Source: Lingula anatina
Taxonomy: Eukaryota > Animalia > Brachiopoda
Assembly (NCBI GenBank): GCA_051362555.1
Contig: CM120647.1
Location: forward strand, 14,422,651 to 14,486,650
DNA: 64,000 nucleotides
Direction of reading: 5' to 3'
Every line of letters starts with the position of its first letter. Positions within the stretch are counted from its first letter, which is position 1. Below, piece after piece: positions 38,382 to 51,399 of the stretch. The position numbers and the translations under genes are program-made. The notes below the pieces were generated by a model. That model was not told the DNA's origin. It made no database searches and saw only the letters and a program-made list of their open reading frames with translations.

Positions 38382-41122
38382 GACAATATAACATTGGTTT
38401 TACTCAAGAACCTGGTTTGAATGACTATTACTATTGTAATTATAATAATTATTATCATTACTATTATTAATATTACCATAATTATTACTGGCAATATAAA
38501 ATTAAATATAACTCATATATCTCATTTGCATGGCTTCCATAAAATAGCTATAATAATTAAAAAGAAAAATTTCCTTACCTGTGTTTTGGAAGAACCTGTA
38601 TAAAGACGGCAACCATCATATGACATCCTGCAGAGATGGAAGATATACACAAAATCAAGTACTTGATGATCTGAAACTTGCCGAACTCGCCTATATGGCG
38701 GAGGATATCGTCAAAATGCATCCCGTTCGATATTTCTGTATCGGAGCTGTCAGAGTCCTTGACGAGCGGTTGGCGTTCTTGATTTTTGTTGAAAATAACC
38801 TCTTCCTCCTCCTCTGAGAGGTCTGTGCCACTGAAATTACACATCGATGTTCTCGCATAAAATACTCTTGAAACAAGACCATCAAAACAATGTCCAATGA
38901 CGCACAGCAAGTCTTAACATTTAATTACACAAGTTACAAAATGACGATTGAGTCTGCAAAAGAGACCAAACTATATTGTAATTGTAGGGGGCATATATGC
39001 TGATGCCTTGAATACAAGTGACTATTTCTGCACTATTGTACCAATGATAACTGCTGTATATGAAGAGTTTACATGTTTATACAATGTCTTATGCAACTGA
39101 TACTGGGTTCAATGTATCATATATGAAACATTGTACCACTGTTGTAGCACACAATTGTGTATAGCTCTGGAAAAACCTATGTATTGTATGCTGTTGAGTT
39201 TGAAAGCCACAGTGATTAAAATGCATACGTATTAGAACAAATCTTAAATTTTAAGCATAACATGACAAGTATTAACTCAATTTTCAGTTATTGACTGAAA
39301 AATGTTTTTATCTTTGATTTATAAAATAACAGTCAAGACCATCAGCACTTAAGGAAATTTACTAGTACCTAGGTCTTTGGCCAGTTGTATAATTGAGCCT
39401 ATATACATCAGGGCTTAACCTCATAAGGTACGTCTTATCTCAACAGCTCGTGTATTTGCCACTCTGTCCAGAATTTTGGCCGTGACAAGGATTAACATCC
39501 AGGGTGTAAAATTATACAGCCACTCGTGTGAGAAAATGCTGGACCTTTCCACCTCAAAGAGGGTTTACATGGTGGAGAGGACACACAGGATGATAATCAA
39601 AATGCATCATATATATGGTAATTCTTCAAGAAATTCACATAACAAAATTAAGAATGCACCTCCCCCCCCCCCCCCCCCCCCAAAAAAAAAAGAATTGTTA
39701 TTATTATTATACTCATAATTATAAACAGTTTTGTGGAAATACTTAAATACATTGATTCAAAAGTCTTAAAAAGCTGGTTGGCAAATAGCACATTTAACAA
39801 GTGTCCAAAAATCTAAAAAAAAAAAAGAAAAACTTTAGAATGACTGAGGCATTTGAAATGTTAATGTAAATACCGTACACATATAAGCAAGATAAATACA
39901 ATCTAATCATTTTGTGAAGTTGTGGTAATATCAGTGTTTAAGTAACTTAAAGGAGATGATATACATGTGTATAGCCTTGTCACAGTGTGTTATGAGTTTA
40001 TTAAAGATGAGATACCCTAGATGTAAGATAAGTAATAGAAGTCCAAGATATTTGTACATTGCCCTTTAAAGGAGCTATAGATCAACAACAGAGACCTCCA
40101 ACTTCTCAAAGTACAAACCCAAATAGTAAAAACACTCTTTTGTCACAAACTGCAAATTTTATTCACAGAGGATGTTTCACATTGCTGCCCCTTCCGTGAT
40201 GCACCCCTTACAAACTCAAATTATTTAAAAAAATTCAGTATACTAGTACTACATGACAATGTGCTTATGTTAAATATTTCAATATAAATAAAATTTTAGA
40301 ACAATAATATAGATAAGGTGAGAGGTTAGAAAATGCATGATGAGAAAACACATGCTAATTTTTAAAATCAGAAATAAACTTCCCGACTTAAAAGCCTACT
40401 AATACTAATAAGCTATATGTATGTGATTAATTGAAAGGGTAGATATTATACACTGGGTACACCCATCAGTCTACTTAATCACTGCAAAGTGGTGTATTTA
40501 TCTAAAATACCTCTATGATAAAGCTCCTACTGAAACCATGATCAACAGCATATTAAACAATTTATTTATATATTATCGAGTCATTCAGTAATAAACCATA
40601 AAATTGAAAAAAAAATTGAAAATACAAAAAAATAAATAGAAAAAGAAGAAATATAAATTGCACAGAGGTTACAAAGCAGGGTTTACCCCCCCCCCTCTCC
40701 AACCACCATATCCAGGCCTCCCTCCTTCAAAAGTTTTAACCTTATCAGTCAAGTTTGGGGAAATTCCAAAGAACTGAGTTAACAGTTTGTGTAAGCTTTA
40801 GACCCGTGTGGAATATTTATCACTATAGTCATTATATATACTTACTTCAACATACATATCTTGTTTAATCTAGTAAGATTTATATTACAATTTATTTTAT
40901 TCATTTTATTTTTACTTAGTGATAATTGTTCTCCCCTTTTTGAAGGGGGGGACTGGCATGGGAAAATAAGATAATCGAAATCTTGTTTTTACAAATAAAT
41001 TTACTGTTAAATCTGACACACGAACATACACGGCTTAACATATCTTCAATGTCTCCTTACCTTCCCTCTCCATCGTTCTCCTCCAAAAGGGGTCGGTTTA
41101 CCCCTCTTCTTCTTGCCGCCAT
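31379..41122 (-). CDS. SLC22-family organic cation/carnitine transporter (Orct-like MFS), 11 coding exons
   Basis: Exons (minus): 41122-41061, 38866-38579, 36204-35997, 35592-35486, 35215-35061, 34533-34365, 34030-33815, 33081-32858, 32540-32356, 32014-31860, 31493-31379; phases match. Motifs: FDDILRHIGEFGKFQ, PKHRC, CDKWVYD, GALSDAIGRK, ELVGPSKR, PESARWL, DKVGRK, AELYPTVLRN, LPETAGRELPETIDDAE. The first exon is inferred from an in-frame join. Confidence 0.93.
32254..32347. repeat. 23-bp tandem repeat x4
   Basis: ATTCAAAAG(T/A/C)CACA(T/C)CTAACACA-like units next to an SLC22 donor site. Confidence 0.85.
32513..32748. repeat. About 74-bp tandem repeat x3 overlapping an SLC22 exon acceptor
   Basis: TATGTAG(A/T)AC(C/T)AC(C/T)TGGTGTTAGGAT at 32513, 32588 and 32661. 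The first unit includes coding sequence. Confidence 0.75.
33430..33720. repeat. G-rich 55-bp minisatellite x4 with degenerate flanks
   Basis: ACAGATTGGG recurs at 33471, 33526, 33581 and 33636; explains the His/Pro-rich artefact ORFs. Confidence 0.92.
34683..35043. repeat. 17-bp minisatellite with a 51-bp higher-order repeat
   Basis: GTGTGTTAG(A/G)TGTGACA monomers. The trimer GTGTGTTAGATGTGACA-GTGTATTAGGTGTGACA-AGGTGTTAGGTGAGACA repeats about 4 times at 51-bp spacing. Confidence 0.92.
36338..36396. repeat. (AAT)n microsatellite
   Basis: Direct read; similar (TTA)n tracts at 20431-20467 and 38338-38381. Confidence 0.95.
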
Positions 41123-43749
41123 TTCCTACTATATTAACTTCTCCCAAGAGTATTATTCATAATCATATCCATATGCTACAAAGTTACAGGAATATTGCAC
41201 ATTGGCCCTACATGATCGTCTTTTTTATCAAGTCCTGTTTTATTTCCCTGTGAAGGCTCTGTTTCCGTGTACGTGTGCGCTCAATTCAAACCTTTTTTAG
41301 TAAAGAGCAAGACGAGACCACGCAAACTTTGTCTAACGCAACTCTAGCAACGTATAAATAAGACACCGCAAAACTATCATTTAAAGAAAATAATCTGAAC
41401 TGAATATTTGATGAATAATCCACTTAATAACTCACATATAGCAGTAACGTACACGAGAAGAAAGTTATATTTTATATTTCTCGTTGGTCAGATTAAACAG
41501 TAAAAATCTCACCAAAATACCCCTCAGACGTTGAGAAAACGGCGCAACGCAAGTGGCGCTCACCGTGTGCGGGAGGCTTTAAATTTTTTTTATTTTAAAA
41601 AATTAATTGTTGTGTAAATAACCCCTTTTACGTCTGTTTTGCATAAAAGTAATATAAAAGGCTCTAGTATATCACACACCCTAGTTCTGTTACTTATGAC
41701 TAATCCTTCCACACCAGCACTAACCGTAATAGTACTGCATTTAGAGTTGTTTTTTTTTTTTTTCAAAATGCTTTGAATAGCTTCTGTCGTCAAGGATATC
41801 AGTGAAAACCCATTGACTTGGTAAATACTCCAAACGAGAGGCCATCAGCTTATACCTTTAATTAATTATCAGGCGTTCACCAGATAGAGTAAGCTAGCCA
41901 GTAGGGGCCTATTAACCCATTGTAGCCCTCGTCATCAAAACAAACGGCAGCCATGCTGGAGGGAGACCGGAATCGTCTGCTGCGCATGATCATGTCTACA
42001 TGTACAATTCAGTATTTTATTTTTGTGTTTTCTTTGATATTAAACCGAGTAAAATGATGAATTACTGCAGGGTATATGATAGAGAGAAGATAACTAACTT
42101 AACAAGCGTTCACAGACTGCCTGCAGTGGTAACAATCCAAGGTGTAGGGACGAAAATCGTAAACAGAGGAGAGACCGAGGAGTGGCTTTGAATCAAGACT
42201 CATCGGACAAGTAAAGGATAAAACTAATTTATTTTACAGCAAAGAATGGAGACCCAGCAGTGCAGCCTTTACCATAAAAGTAAAAAAAGTAGAAAACCAA
42301 AGACCGGGGGGTAGAAGTTTGGAGCGCACGTACACTGCATGTTACTAGTGCCCAAAATGTTTGGGTGGAGAGTGTCTTGTAAAAACGTGTGGAAATACCC
42401 AGGCAAGGTTTCGACTTACATTATAAAGGCTCTCTTCATTGGCTTGGGTGTAATTTGTTATCAGTTATGGTGCTCTTTGGATTTTATCTGCTGTCATCTA
42501 CCTCTTTAATACCTGGTTAGCATTATTGTCAATTAGTGTCAAGGCTACAGTACAATGTACATTTGTACACAGCTCAGCTGGCCCAATTAAATCAATTACC
42601 TGTGTCATGTGTATTTAGAAGTTACAGTGGCTTGATTTTAGATTTGGTGTAGTGTTAAGAGTAAATCTGTTTTGAAAGTATATATTCTAGCTCAGGTATC
42701 ATTTAATTGAAATATAACTTAATGAAATGAATTTGAAAAATGTTAAATTCTGTGTTTTCCTACTGTATTTCAAGTTACAATATGAATAAAAATAACTATT
42801 GTTACCTTTTCTTGTTAATTTACATTTAGGCAATTGATCTGGCATTTTCCCACCAAGCCACACTGAATGATTGGGTGCAAGTAAATCTTGATTATCAAAA
42901 AAAAAAAAAAAAAAAACAGGTGATAGGTACAAAAGGCAGCTAGATGGCACACAAGGTAGAAGCAGCAAAAGAATATTCTTATATCTTTGTGACCAGCTGA
43001 GGAGACAGGATCTGAACATCAGGAGAGTGAAATTCAGTGCATGACAAGAGTTATTTAATTGGATTTGTTTTTTTATTTAATTGTTCATTTGTCGTTTTAA
43101 AGTTGTTATCCTGATAGCTTGCAAACAACAAGGATAGGTATTCTATTTATTTAGAATTGTGAACAGAAGCACAAGAAGAAATGAAAACACTTTTTCTTCC
43201 TCATATTTTTAAAGGCTAAATGGAAAAGTTTGCAAGAAATATAATACTTTGTATGCTGCACTTCTCACAGATGGTCTGATATGAAGAAACAGATGGCTGT
43301 CCTGTATCAAGAAAAGATTTAGCTCTTCTAGGTTGCGCATTTTTTAAATTTTGACCACCAGTTGTGGAATTCTCCTAAATGAAATTACAAACTGCTTAGT
43401 AACACCATCTAAGGACTTATATGTACATACCTACACACAATTATTGCACACAGCACATATCAATTGTGAGTCTTCAATCAAGCATTTCTCTAGACATAGA
43501 TAAAAATATACCAAACAGGTTTTACAGATTATGGTGACTTGATTTGACTTAATATGCTCATGTACATGTTGCATTGCATCATTAAAAGTATGGAAATATT
43601 TTTCATGTCAGTGTTATCAACCAAAAGGAAAGGGACCCTGATAATCTGTCATTGAATTGTGCAACAATGTCAACAATGTTTTGCATTTTATGTTAACTTT
43701 TATTTATACAAAAAGTGATGAGCATCTGCTAGATGGCCAGTTTGAAACC

Positions 43750-43975
43750 AGCGTATGCAAGGAGGCACCTGATTTAATCAGAGCCAAATAGGCTAAATAC
43801 AGTCAAGTCACACATCTAGCCACCGGTACAGCCTATGGATTCAGGCCTCCCGTAGCAAAACTCGACCCATCAGTGGCTGGTACTGTCAGTGTAAAAGAAG
43901 GTGGCCAGACAGTTAACTTTTGCACATATCACTTCAGTCCTGTGGTATATGGGGTTTGCCATGAGGCAGGGATAC
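43750..43975 (+). pseudogene. Decayed SWIM zinc-finger coding fragment, probably from a PIF/Harbinger-ISL2EU-related DNA transposon
   Basis: Across frameshifts it reads EAPDLIRAK..IQSSHTSSHRYSLWIQ..ISGWYCQCK..VAR..AHITSVLWYMGFA. This resembles, from memory, the QSRHTSS.Y.LWI..WYC.CK.GAR.VG.CAH..SVLWYLG segment of invertebrate transposon proteins. Confidence 0.6.
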
Positions 43976-46900
43976 AATAGAAAATTATGCTGTGGAGAAG
44001 GCTATTTGGATGCCTCACATTTACCAACATCATGTGGTGACAGTATTAGCGAGAAAGAAAGTTTTTTGGACAGCACATCTGATTAATTTTCTGTTGTTCC
44101 TATACATTTTATTCTCATATTTGTATATTTTGTATAAATTAACACTTGCAATGCGTTCTTTACAAGGTCTATATCACATACCATCATCACATAACCATAT
44201 ACTTTTTAGGTGATTTAATTTCATTGTCATACAGATTATTGACCATAACTGTTACTATGTACACTATATTTTCATTCAATTTTTAATTTTACCTTATCAT
44301 TCGTACTGTCAATGTTTAACATTGGGATAAGCGCTCTTTTTACCGTAGAGACGTCGCATGGGCCTGTGTTGCGGTAGTTCGAAGCAATGCTCGTGGATTA
44401 GTTCAAAATTTCTCCTGGATAAGTCAGTTAATCTGTTGACACGACTTCACACTTCAAATCCAGTGTTTACCTTCATTTTAATACACTTACCAGCAATGTA
44501 AGCCCTGAGGGGAGGTCAACATGAAACACTGAGTAAACGCAACTTGAGTCTGTATATATCTAGACCGAAAACTGGGGGGGGGGGGGGGGGGGGAGGGGCA
44601 TCAAAAATAAATCTGAAGGAAGAGGGTCTATTACCAAGTGTTAGGGCGCAATCATAACCAGTTGACTTACTGGTCCGTGGATCAAACATGGGGCCATCCA
44701 CTTGAAAGCGTGCCGAGATTTAATTGCTGGGACGACACGTACTACTTAGGCCGCAGATCAACTGATTCTAAATGTGCACTCGCCTTTAATTCTCCCAGTC
44801 AGTCTGATATAGCTTATTTTTCCTTACGTCAGCTTCCAGACGCAGCGTTTATCTCTTGCTTCGGTACGTACTTTTACGAATTCTAGCCCTCCCCCGGCCC
44901 CTATCAAGCATTCTTCTCAGTCGGTAGCCCTGAACCCGCACTTTATCACATATAACGGGTACTTGACAGATAACTGGATTCTTCACAGTTTGATGTTTAC
45001 GCCCTCGTATGGACAGAAGTGTCCTATCTGATAGGATGCTACATAGTTCTACGTAACATATAGTACATGTAAGATAGGGAATAGGTAAATACAACTGGTA
45101 AAATTAGCCAATGTGATAACTGAAACATGAATAAGACGACTAAAATTGTCAAATTGGTTGCATCTTACTTTCTCTCTATCATTTGTGTGTGTGCGTGCGT
45201 GCGTACGTGTGTGTGTGTGTGTGTGCGCGCTGGCATTCTCCACGCAGTTGGATCAACACTGGTTTTGTTTAAGGTTTAATTAATATATTGAAAACGACCA
45301 AATTCGAATCAAGTATGAAAATAATTATGTTAACACTTTGGAAAATTTGAAGCTGAAAAGAACCTTGCTACAAATTCTCTCCTAGTATTGCCTTCAAATA
45401 TAAAAGCAATGAGAAGTACAGATAGACCCTAGAAAACGTGTACAATAAACTAAAACACGAGAAATGCTAAAGAATGACGTATATAGTATTGCAAATTACC
45501 TTGCTTTTCAACTTTGAAAAAGAAAATATGATATGCACCAAGAATAGCGCTAAATATAAGGCAGAAATAATAATTCGTAACGCGTATACCAGTTTGTAGG
45601 TAGACTTAATTTTAATCTTCTATATGTGATAGATTCTATTGTATATATCTCTTTTCTTTTGTCAGAATTGTTTTGTGTGTCTTACTGGGGCTATACTTCT
45701 GCTAAAGTTAAAACCAAGAAAAACATGAAAAAGATGTTGAAAACTTACCAAAATATGCCTCACCTTCAGGTGCCGGCGATGCTGCAAACAAGAGAGAAAT
45801 CGGTACAAAACTGTTGACAGTCTTGGCGGTACTCAATTGGCAAAAAATCGGCTTAAAACAGCAAAACCAAATCCTCTGATTATTTAATTTACTTTTTGAC
45901 TTTTATAGTTTTTGCTAATCTCTGTTTGTCTTAAGCTTTTCCCCCACTCAGTCGGTTGCGATTGAATTCTTTCCAAGCTTTCCGGGAATCTGCCCCCTCT
46001 CCTGTTCCCGCGGCCGTGGACTGTCTCCCGTCACCGATGATGACAAAGTGATCGGACCGTTCACGCGCGACCTTGTACCCCAGGCCGAGATATGTGATGT
46101 GACTTAAACTAATGAGGATACCAAAGGTAAAGACGCCGTGTGGTGCATTTTTTTAATGCGACAGATTTAAGTTGAGATTTAAGTTGAAATTGACCTCAGC
46201 TACACCTTAACGATTTTGTTCTGTAAGAGAAACTGATTGATTTTTCTGAAAATAAAACACCCCATGTGAATTATTTATGTAACGTGTAATGGGAGACTAC
46301 AAATGCGTTGATGTTGCCTTATAACTGTACAGTAATCTGTGTCCCATTGAACAACAAAATCCACTTTGAATGATTTAATATATACACAATTAGATATAGT
46401 AATCCATAATGTTGATAAACTTTTTCAGAAATGTGTATATAGTTTTGCTCTGGGTAGAAAAACTCTCGGGTCTGGACCCACTGTGAACCCTCGTCTCTCA
46501 AAGGACAATAGGTGTGCCTTTAAGTAATAAACGACCTTATCTTATTGAACTTCTTCAAGAGATGTACTAATGGGGATCATTCGAGATAACCCACGCTTCT
46601 CACCGTAGTGGAATCGAGCGAGATTTCGCGGGACTTGGAGGTGAGTGGGATCAGAAATAATTCTTCAAGTATTTAGTGCGAAATTTACTCTTTACTTCAT
46701 TTTAACTAAAAAGAGTGGAGAAATTCTACATAAATTAGGAAACAACCTAGCATCTCTGCGCATGAAAACAAGAGCAGCGTTACCACTTCTAGGACCGGTC
46801 AGAATATTCAAGATGTCCTCGTTTCAACATTTGATTGATGAAAATGTCAGACGTGTTCGCTATAATGATAATTTTTCATTTAAAATTTACAATCAAAAGG

Positions 46901-47754
46901 TTAAAGTTTACGTATTGGTTCTTACGTTAACTCCAGCGACAGTTTAAATTCTGAAGTAACTGTTACTTGAAGAAAGCTACTGGTAGGCGAGGTTTTCTTA
47001 AATTTATCCTTCATCTAAATTTGTTGCTCAAACAACAGCCCAAAGAGTTGATAAATAATATCCAATTAAAACAAAACCCTGGTACAATTTAAGCGTTTAT
47101 TATCCGAGCAGACTATGATCACTCATTGACAAATAAAAGCGCAATAATGAAGTAAAAAATGTTGCACAAAAAATAAGCACTGCCATTAAATGCTACAATG
47201 CTTGCCAATAATAGTAAATCTTACGACACAGTATAGGCGACTCTTTCTCTGTATCTAATAAGCATAAATGATTACCTGATTAACATAATTAGCTAGTTAA
47301 TGCAATACAACATTGAAAGTTCCTTGGAAACCGTATTTCTGATATAATTACGTTGTCATGCCAATGTCGTCCGTTAACCAGAAAATAACGTCACTCACAC
47401 CCGATATAAATAAAATACGTGAGTCTAAATTCCGAGTCGGACCTGGAGAAAATAGGTCACCACAACACAGATAATAAGCAGGTTATATCCACATTAATGA
47501 TCTTATTAACATCAACTTGTTTCATCAAAATACAAAAATGTGACTTTTATACAAATATCATTTCCCATACAATAAAGGTGACTTTAAAACCCTCATATAA
47601 GAAATATTATTTCATAACGATAACCGTTTAAATTTACCTGAAATATCTGTCTCAAGAGACGGTAGGAATGAAATATTGTAAGTACAGAAGTAAGGAATGT
47701 ACCTATACGTATAAAGACCCACTTTTTGGGTGACCAAAATGTGCATTCACAACA

Positions 47755-48305
47755 GATCATCCACGGACTCACTTATCGGCAGACTAAATATGGCCGACCT
47801 TAAAAGCAACCTGCTAAATCCCCTGATGGTCTCGCCACCTACATCCATGCCGTTAAACAGATAAAACCTTGACTCAGAGGTTTAATTGCCAAGCCCTTGC
47901 AGGGATGGCACGTGTGGAGGCCATCAAAGGATTAAGCGGCTCGCTTTTAAGTGGGTCGGCCATATTTGATCTGCGGATCATTTAGTCCACGAATCAACTT
48001 ATTTTCCAAGTTAGCACGTGACCTTTTGGGCAGACCACGTGACTGCCATTTCTAACCGCAGGGAGCCATTCTAACGCCCCATGGTGTTCCACTCAATGGG
48101 GTGGTGATTAGAGACGAGCTGCTTTCAGTAAAAAGACTTTGCGCTTAGTAAACCAAAGCGCAAGGTATCAAGAAACCACGTGCTAACTTAAGTCAATTAA
48201 AGTTGATTGGAAACGAGGCCTAGGCGCACCACGAGTGTCAGAAGTCAGTGGAAATTCCCCAGCATGCTGTTGGCGAAGGCAAGTTTCTGGTGACTTCTGA
48301 GACTG
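47755..48305. repeat. Cluster of interlocking inverted repeats (probably MITE-derived)
   Basis: GCAGACTAAATATGGCCGACC..TTAAAAGC..TGATGGTCTC pairs with GAGGCCATCA..GCTTTTAA..GGTCGGCCATATTTGATCTGC. AATCAACTT..AAGTTAGCACGTG (about 47991-48020) pairs with CACGTGCTAACTT..AAGTTGATT (about 48177-48208). A further hairpin lies at 48235-48304. Confidence 0.75.
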
Positions 48306-51300
48306 GCAATTTTATTGAGATAGGAATGGCGAATTTATGTATACTTTTTGTCTGTTTCTGAGCAAGAAAGACCGATACCATTACATATAAGGTAAAGATA
48401 AAAAGACATCAGGTAAAAAAATTCAAAGCTAGCCGTTCTAGCCAATATTCGACATATCTGTTCTTTCCTTATTATACACTTTCCAGCCTACATCACCACA
48501 CTTCCAGCAAAACCTAAAAACTTTAAACAGCTAATAAACCACTCTTAAACTCTCAACACATACTGCAAGAACTACTGAATTCACCTAAAAGCGCATGCAT
48601 TACTAATGGCAGTTTCTTTCACATTGAAAATAAAATTCAATCAATGAACAATCACATAAAAGCTGAAAGAAATAGAGATATTGCATTTGTCTACTGTACA
48701 CATTTTCTGGCAATAGATAGCCAGCATTTTATAATATAATAATTTTAAGAATAATAGCAATAAAGAAAATCAAAATTTAAAATATTTTGTGAAAATAAAA
48801 AAGATAAGCTTGCAACCCTACAGAACTAATCGGAATGGATCAAAATCTAGCAAAATTATTCAATCACTTCATTCAACAGAAGCAAAGATGGCAGTAAAGG
48901 TGCATATACATATATACTATCGCAACTAACTTGATCCATTCAAACCTCCTGCCTCATGGGCCGAGACTCCTATTCGGGTTGGATTTGTCCATACAATGTA
49001 TCACATAACACCCCAAGTTTTAGGGTGCCCAACGTCATGTCCACGGCACTTCTCCTTCACATATCTGTATTACAGAAGACATAAAATGGGCCCTCTCAAA
49101 CTCGGGGGCGCTACATGTTAAACATCGCACTTAGCAAAAAATGACATACAAAAATATAGGGCGTCCACCTGGTTACACCTTTCATACATGTACATGGCAA
49201 CCGATGGTCGGAAAAAATATACACTATGTACATGAGGGGCATGTCAATAACCATGGCAACACAACATAAACCACATCTTTCAAACCTGTTGTGACTATCC
49301 CGGGCTCACATCGGCATAGCAGTTTTTGTCACAGTGGATAAACTACAAACTTTTAACCAAACCATATTTCAGACCAAGAAGTGTAAAACTGTGAAATTTC
49401 CCAATAATACACATTTGTATTTCTATCCAATAAATTATTATAGCCATTGGCAACAATTACCTTAATTTCATTTTCATTAAAATTAGAAAAAAAAATCAAC
49501 TATTTCATTAGAGAATTAAGCACCAAATCTTTTGAAAAAATAGTTTGGGAGTTCATTTTTCTTCCCTTGAAGTCTGGCTAATACAAAAATCACTATGATG
49601 TGAGCCCAGTTGTTTCTGTTGCTGTTCGGAATCATCAAATGCTAAAAACCCTGCTAATCATTCTCGCATATATGACACTGCTTAGGATAACACTTCATAA
49701 TTATAATAATACATACATACGTACATACATACACAGAAAGCCTATTTACAAGCACTAACAAACATGTGTGAAGCTGGAATAACAGTCACATGACTATCAT
49801 GAGACTTTCTAACTGTTGACTACCCAGTCACATGTCTGTCACATGACTGATGCTGGATTCACTGTTATTCACTGGGACACGATTCAATGAATTCATTCAA
49901 GTTGAAAAAGGGCTGTGCAGTGTCTCAATGCATTACTATAATGTCCTTTGCGAATAATTGTCTTTAAAAAGTGCACTGCTAAAGATGCTGTCATAAAATG
50001 ACCAAATATAAAGCTAATCTATTAATTCCATATTTACCAAACACCATGTTTACAACATGAGCCAAAATATGTTCAAGTTTGTTTAAATTTTCAGAAAATG
50101 AATTTTTATATACCCCAAATATCTTTGATGTTTTCAAGGCAGTACTATTTGATATACAAGCTCATCAGCTGTCTAATCTATACACTCCCTGTAATATACT
50201 ACCATAATATGACATATATCAGAATTATACATAATAATTACTTGCACTATATTAAAAAACTTTTTGGACATACAACCAGCAACCTCTGCAACTTGTTGAC
50301 TGACAACAGCAGCATTGATGATTACGATGAAGTCTGGCATAGTGACAAACCACAACATTAATTTTTCTGTACATTTAAAATCATCTTTTGTAAATGGTGC
50401 CCATGCTTGACGGCACATAAAGTGTAAAATACAACACATAAAATTGGTTACCTTAAAATTCAATATATGAACATTCACCTTTTCAAGGCCATTACTAAAA
50501 CTAGTAATCACTTTAAAAAAAAGAGGCACAGTTATGACGAAGAAAATTATTGATTATTTTTTTTCTTGTGTGATACAAAATCACCATTATCAATATTAAT
50601 AAAAATGGATTGTTTGTTTTCTTTAACTACAGGCTTCTGGCACTGCAGATAATATAGTTATGGGAATGAATATAAGAAACAAGCAGGTGCCCAAGTGTCA
50701 GAGCCGGACGCCAGGGAGGGGTGGGGGTTGTTCTCTGTTAGGAGAGTAGGGTCTCATCGTCAGCCACCAAATACAGAACAATTTTTTCTGGCAAGGACTT
50801 GCCTCTGCCACTTGGTGAATTGCAATCAGCACCATACTACCCCAAGCCAGTGTGACTTGCTCGACCCTCCCCTCCTTGCTTCCCCAACTCAGCACACTTC
50901 AACCTGGCTCCAAATATTGGGAAATATTGTACACCCATAACATACATGTCTAAAATTAATTTCTAAGAGCAGTCATCACATCATAACTACAACCAGACAA
51001 GCATGTTTTTCTACAAAAAAAAAAAAAAAAAAAAAAAGTCCCATTTGCACAAGCACATTATCCTCTATTTGCTCCAACCTTTCAAACGACTAAAAAAAAA
51101 AAATCCAATACACTTCATAGACATTACCATATAAAATCTTCTCATCAAGGCAAACAGTACTTTCTGGCCAAATGCAAAGTGAGTTCCACTGGCTAACAGT
51201 GGCAAGCAGCAGCAGCATTCTAAATTGCGTTAGCTGTGACGTCCCATTGTGTCAAACGCATCAGATGTGCCAGCAGTGACATCAGCATACCTACATGTTC

Positions 51301-51399
51301 TTATCATTATTGGTACAGTCATAAACTAATAGTTTAAAAAAACAAAAGTTTTGGCAATGTGTGACAAGGAGTCCAAGTCCTCGACTCTTGTCTGACCAA

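Noticed and set aside
44516-44760. Possible tRNA gene or tRNA-derived SINE head
   Set aside because: Only a weak B-box-like string on the minus strand and no cloverleaf; too degenerate to call.
45760-46522. CpG-rich patch and a CCTTTAA end suggesting a promoter or Kolobok-type element
   Set aside because: No matching partner terminus or linked exon could be identified by eye.
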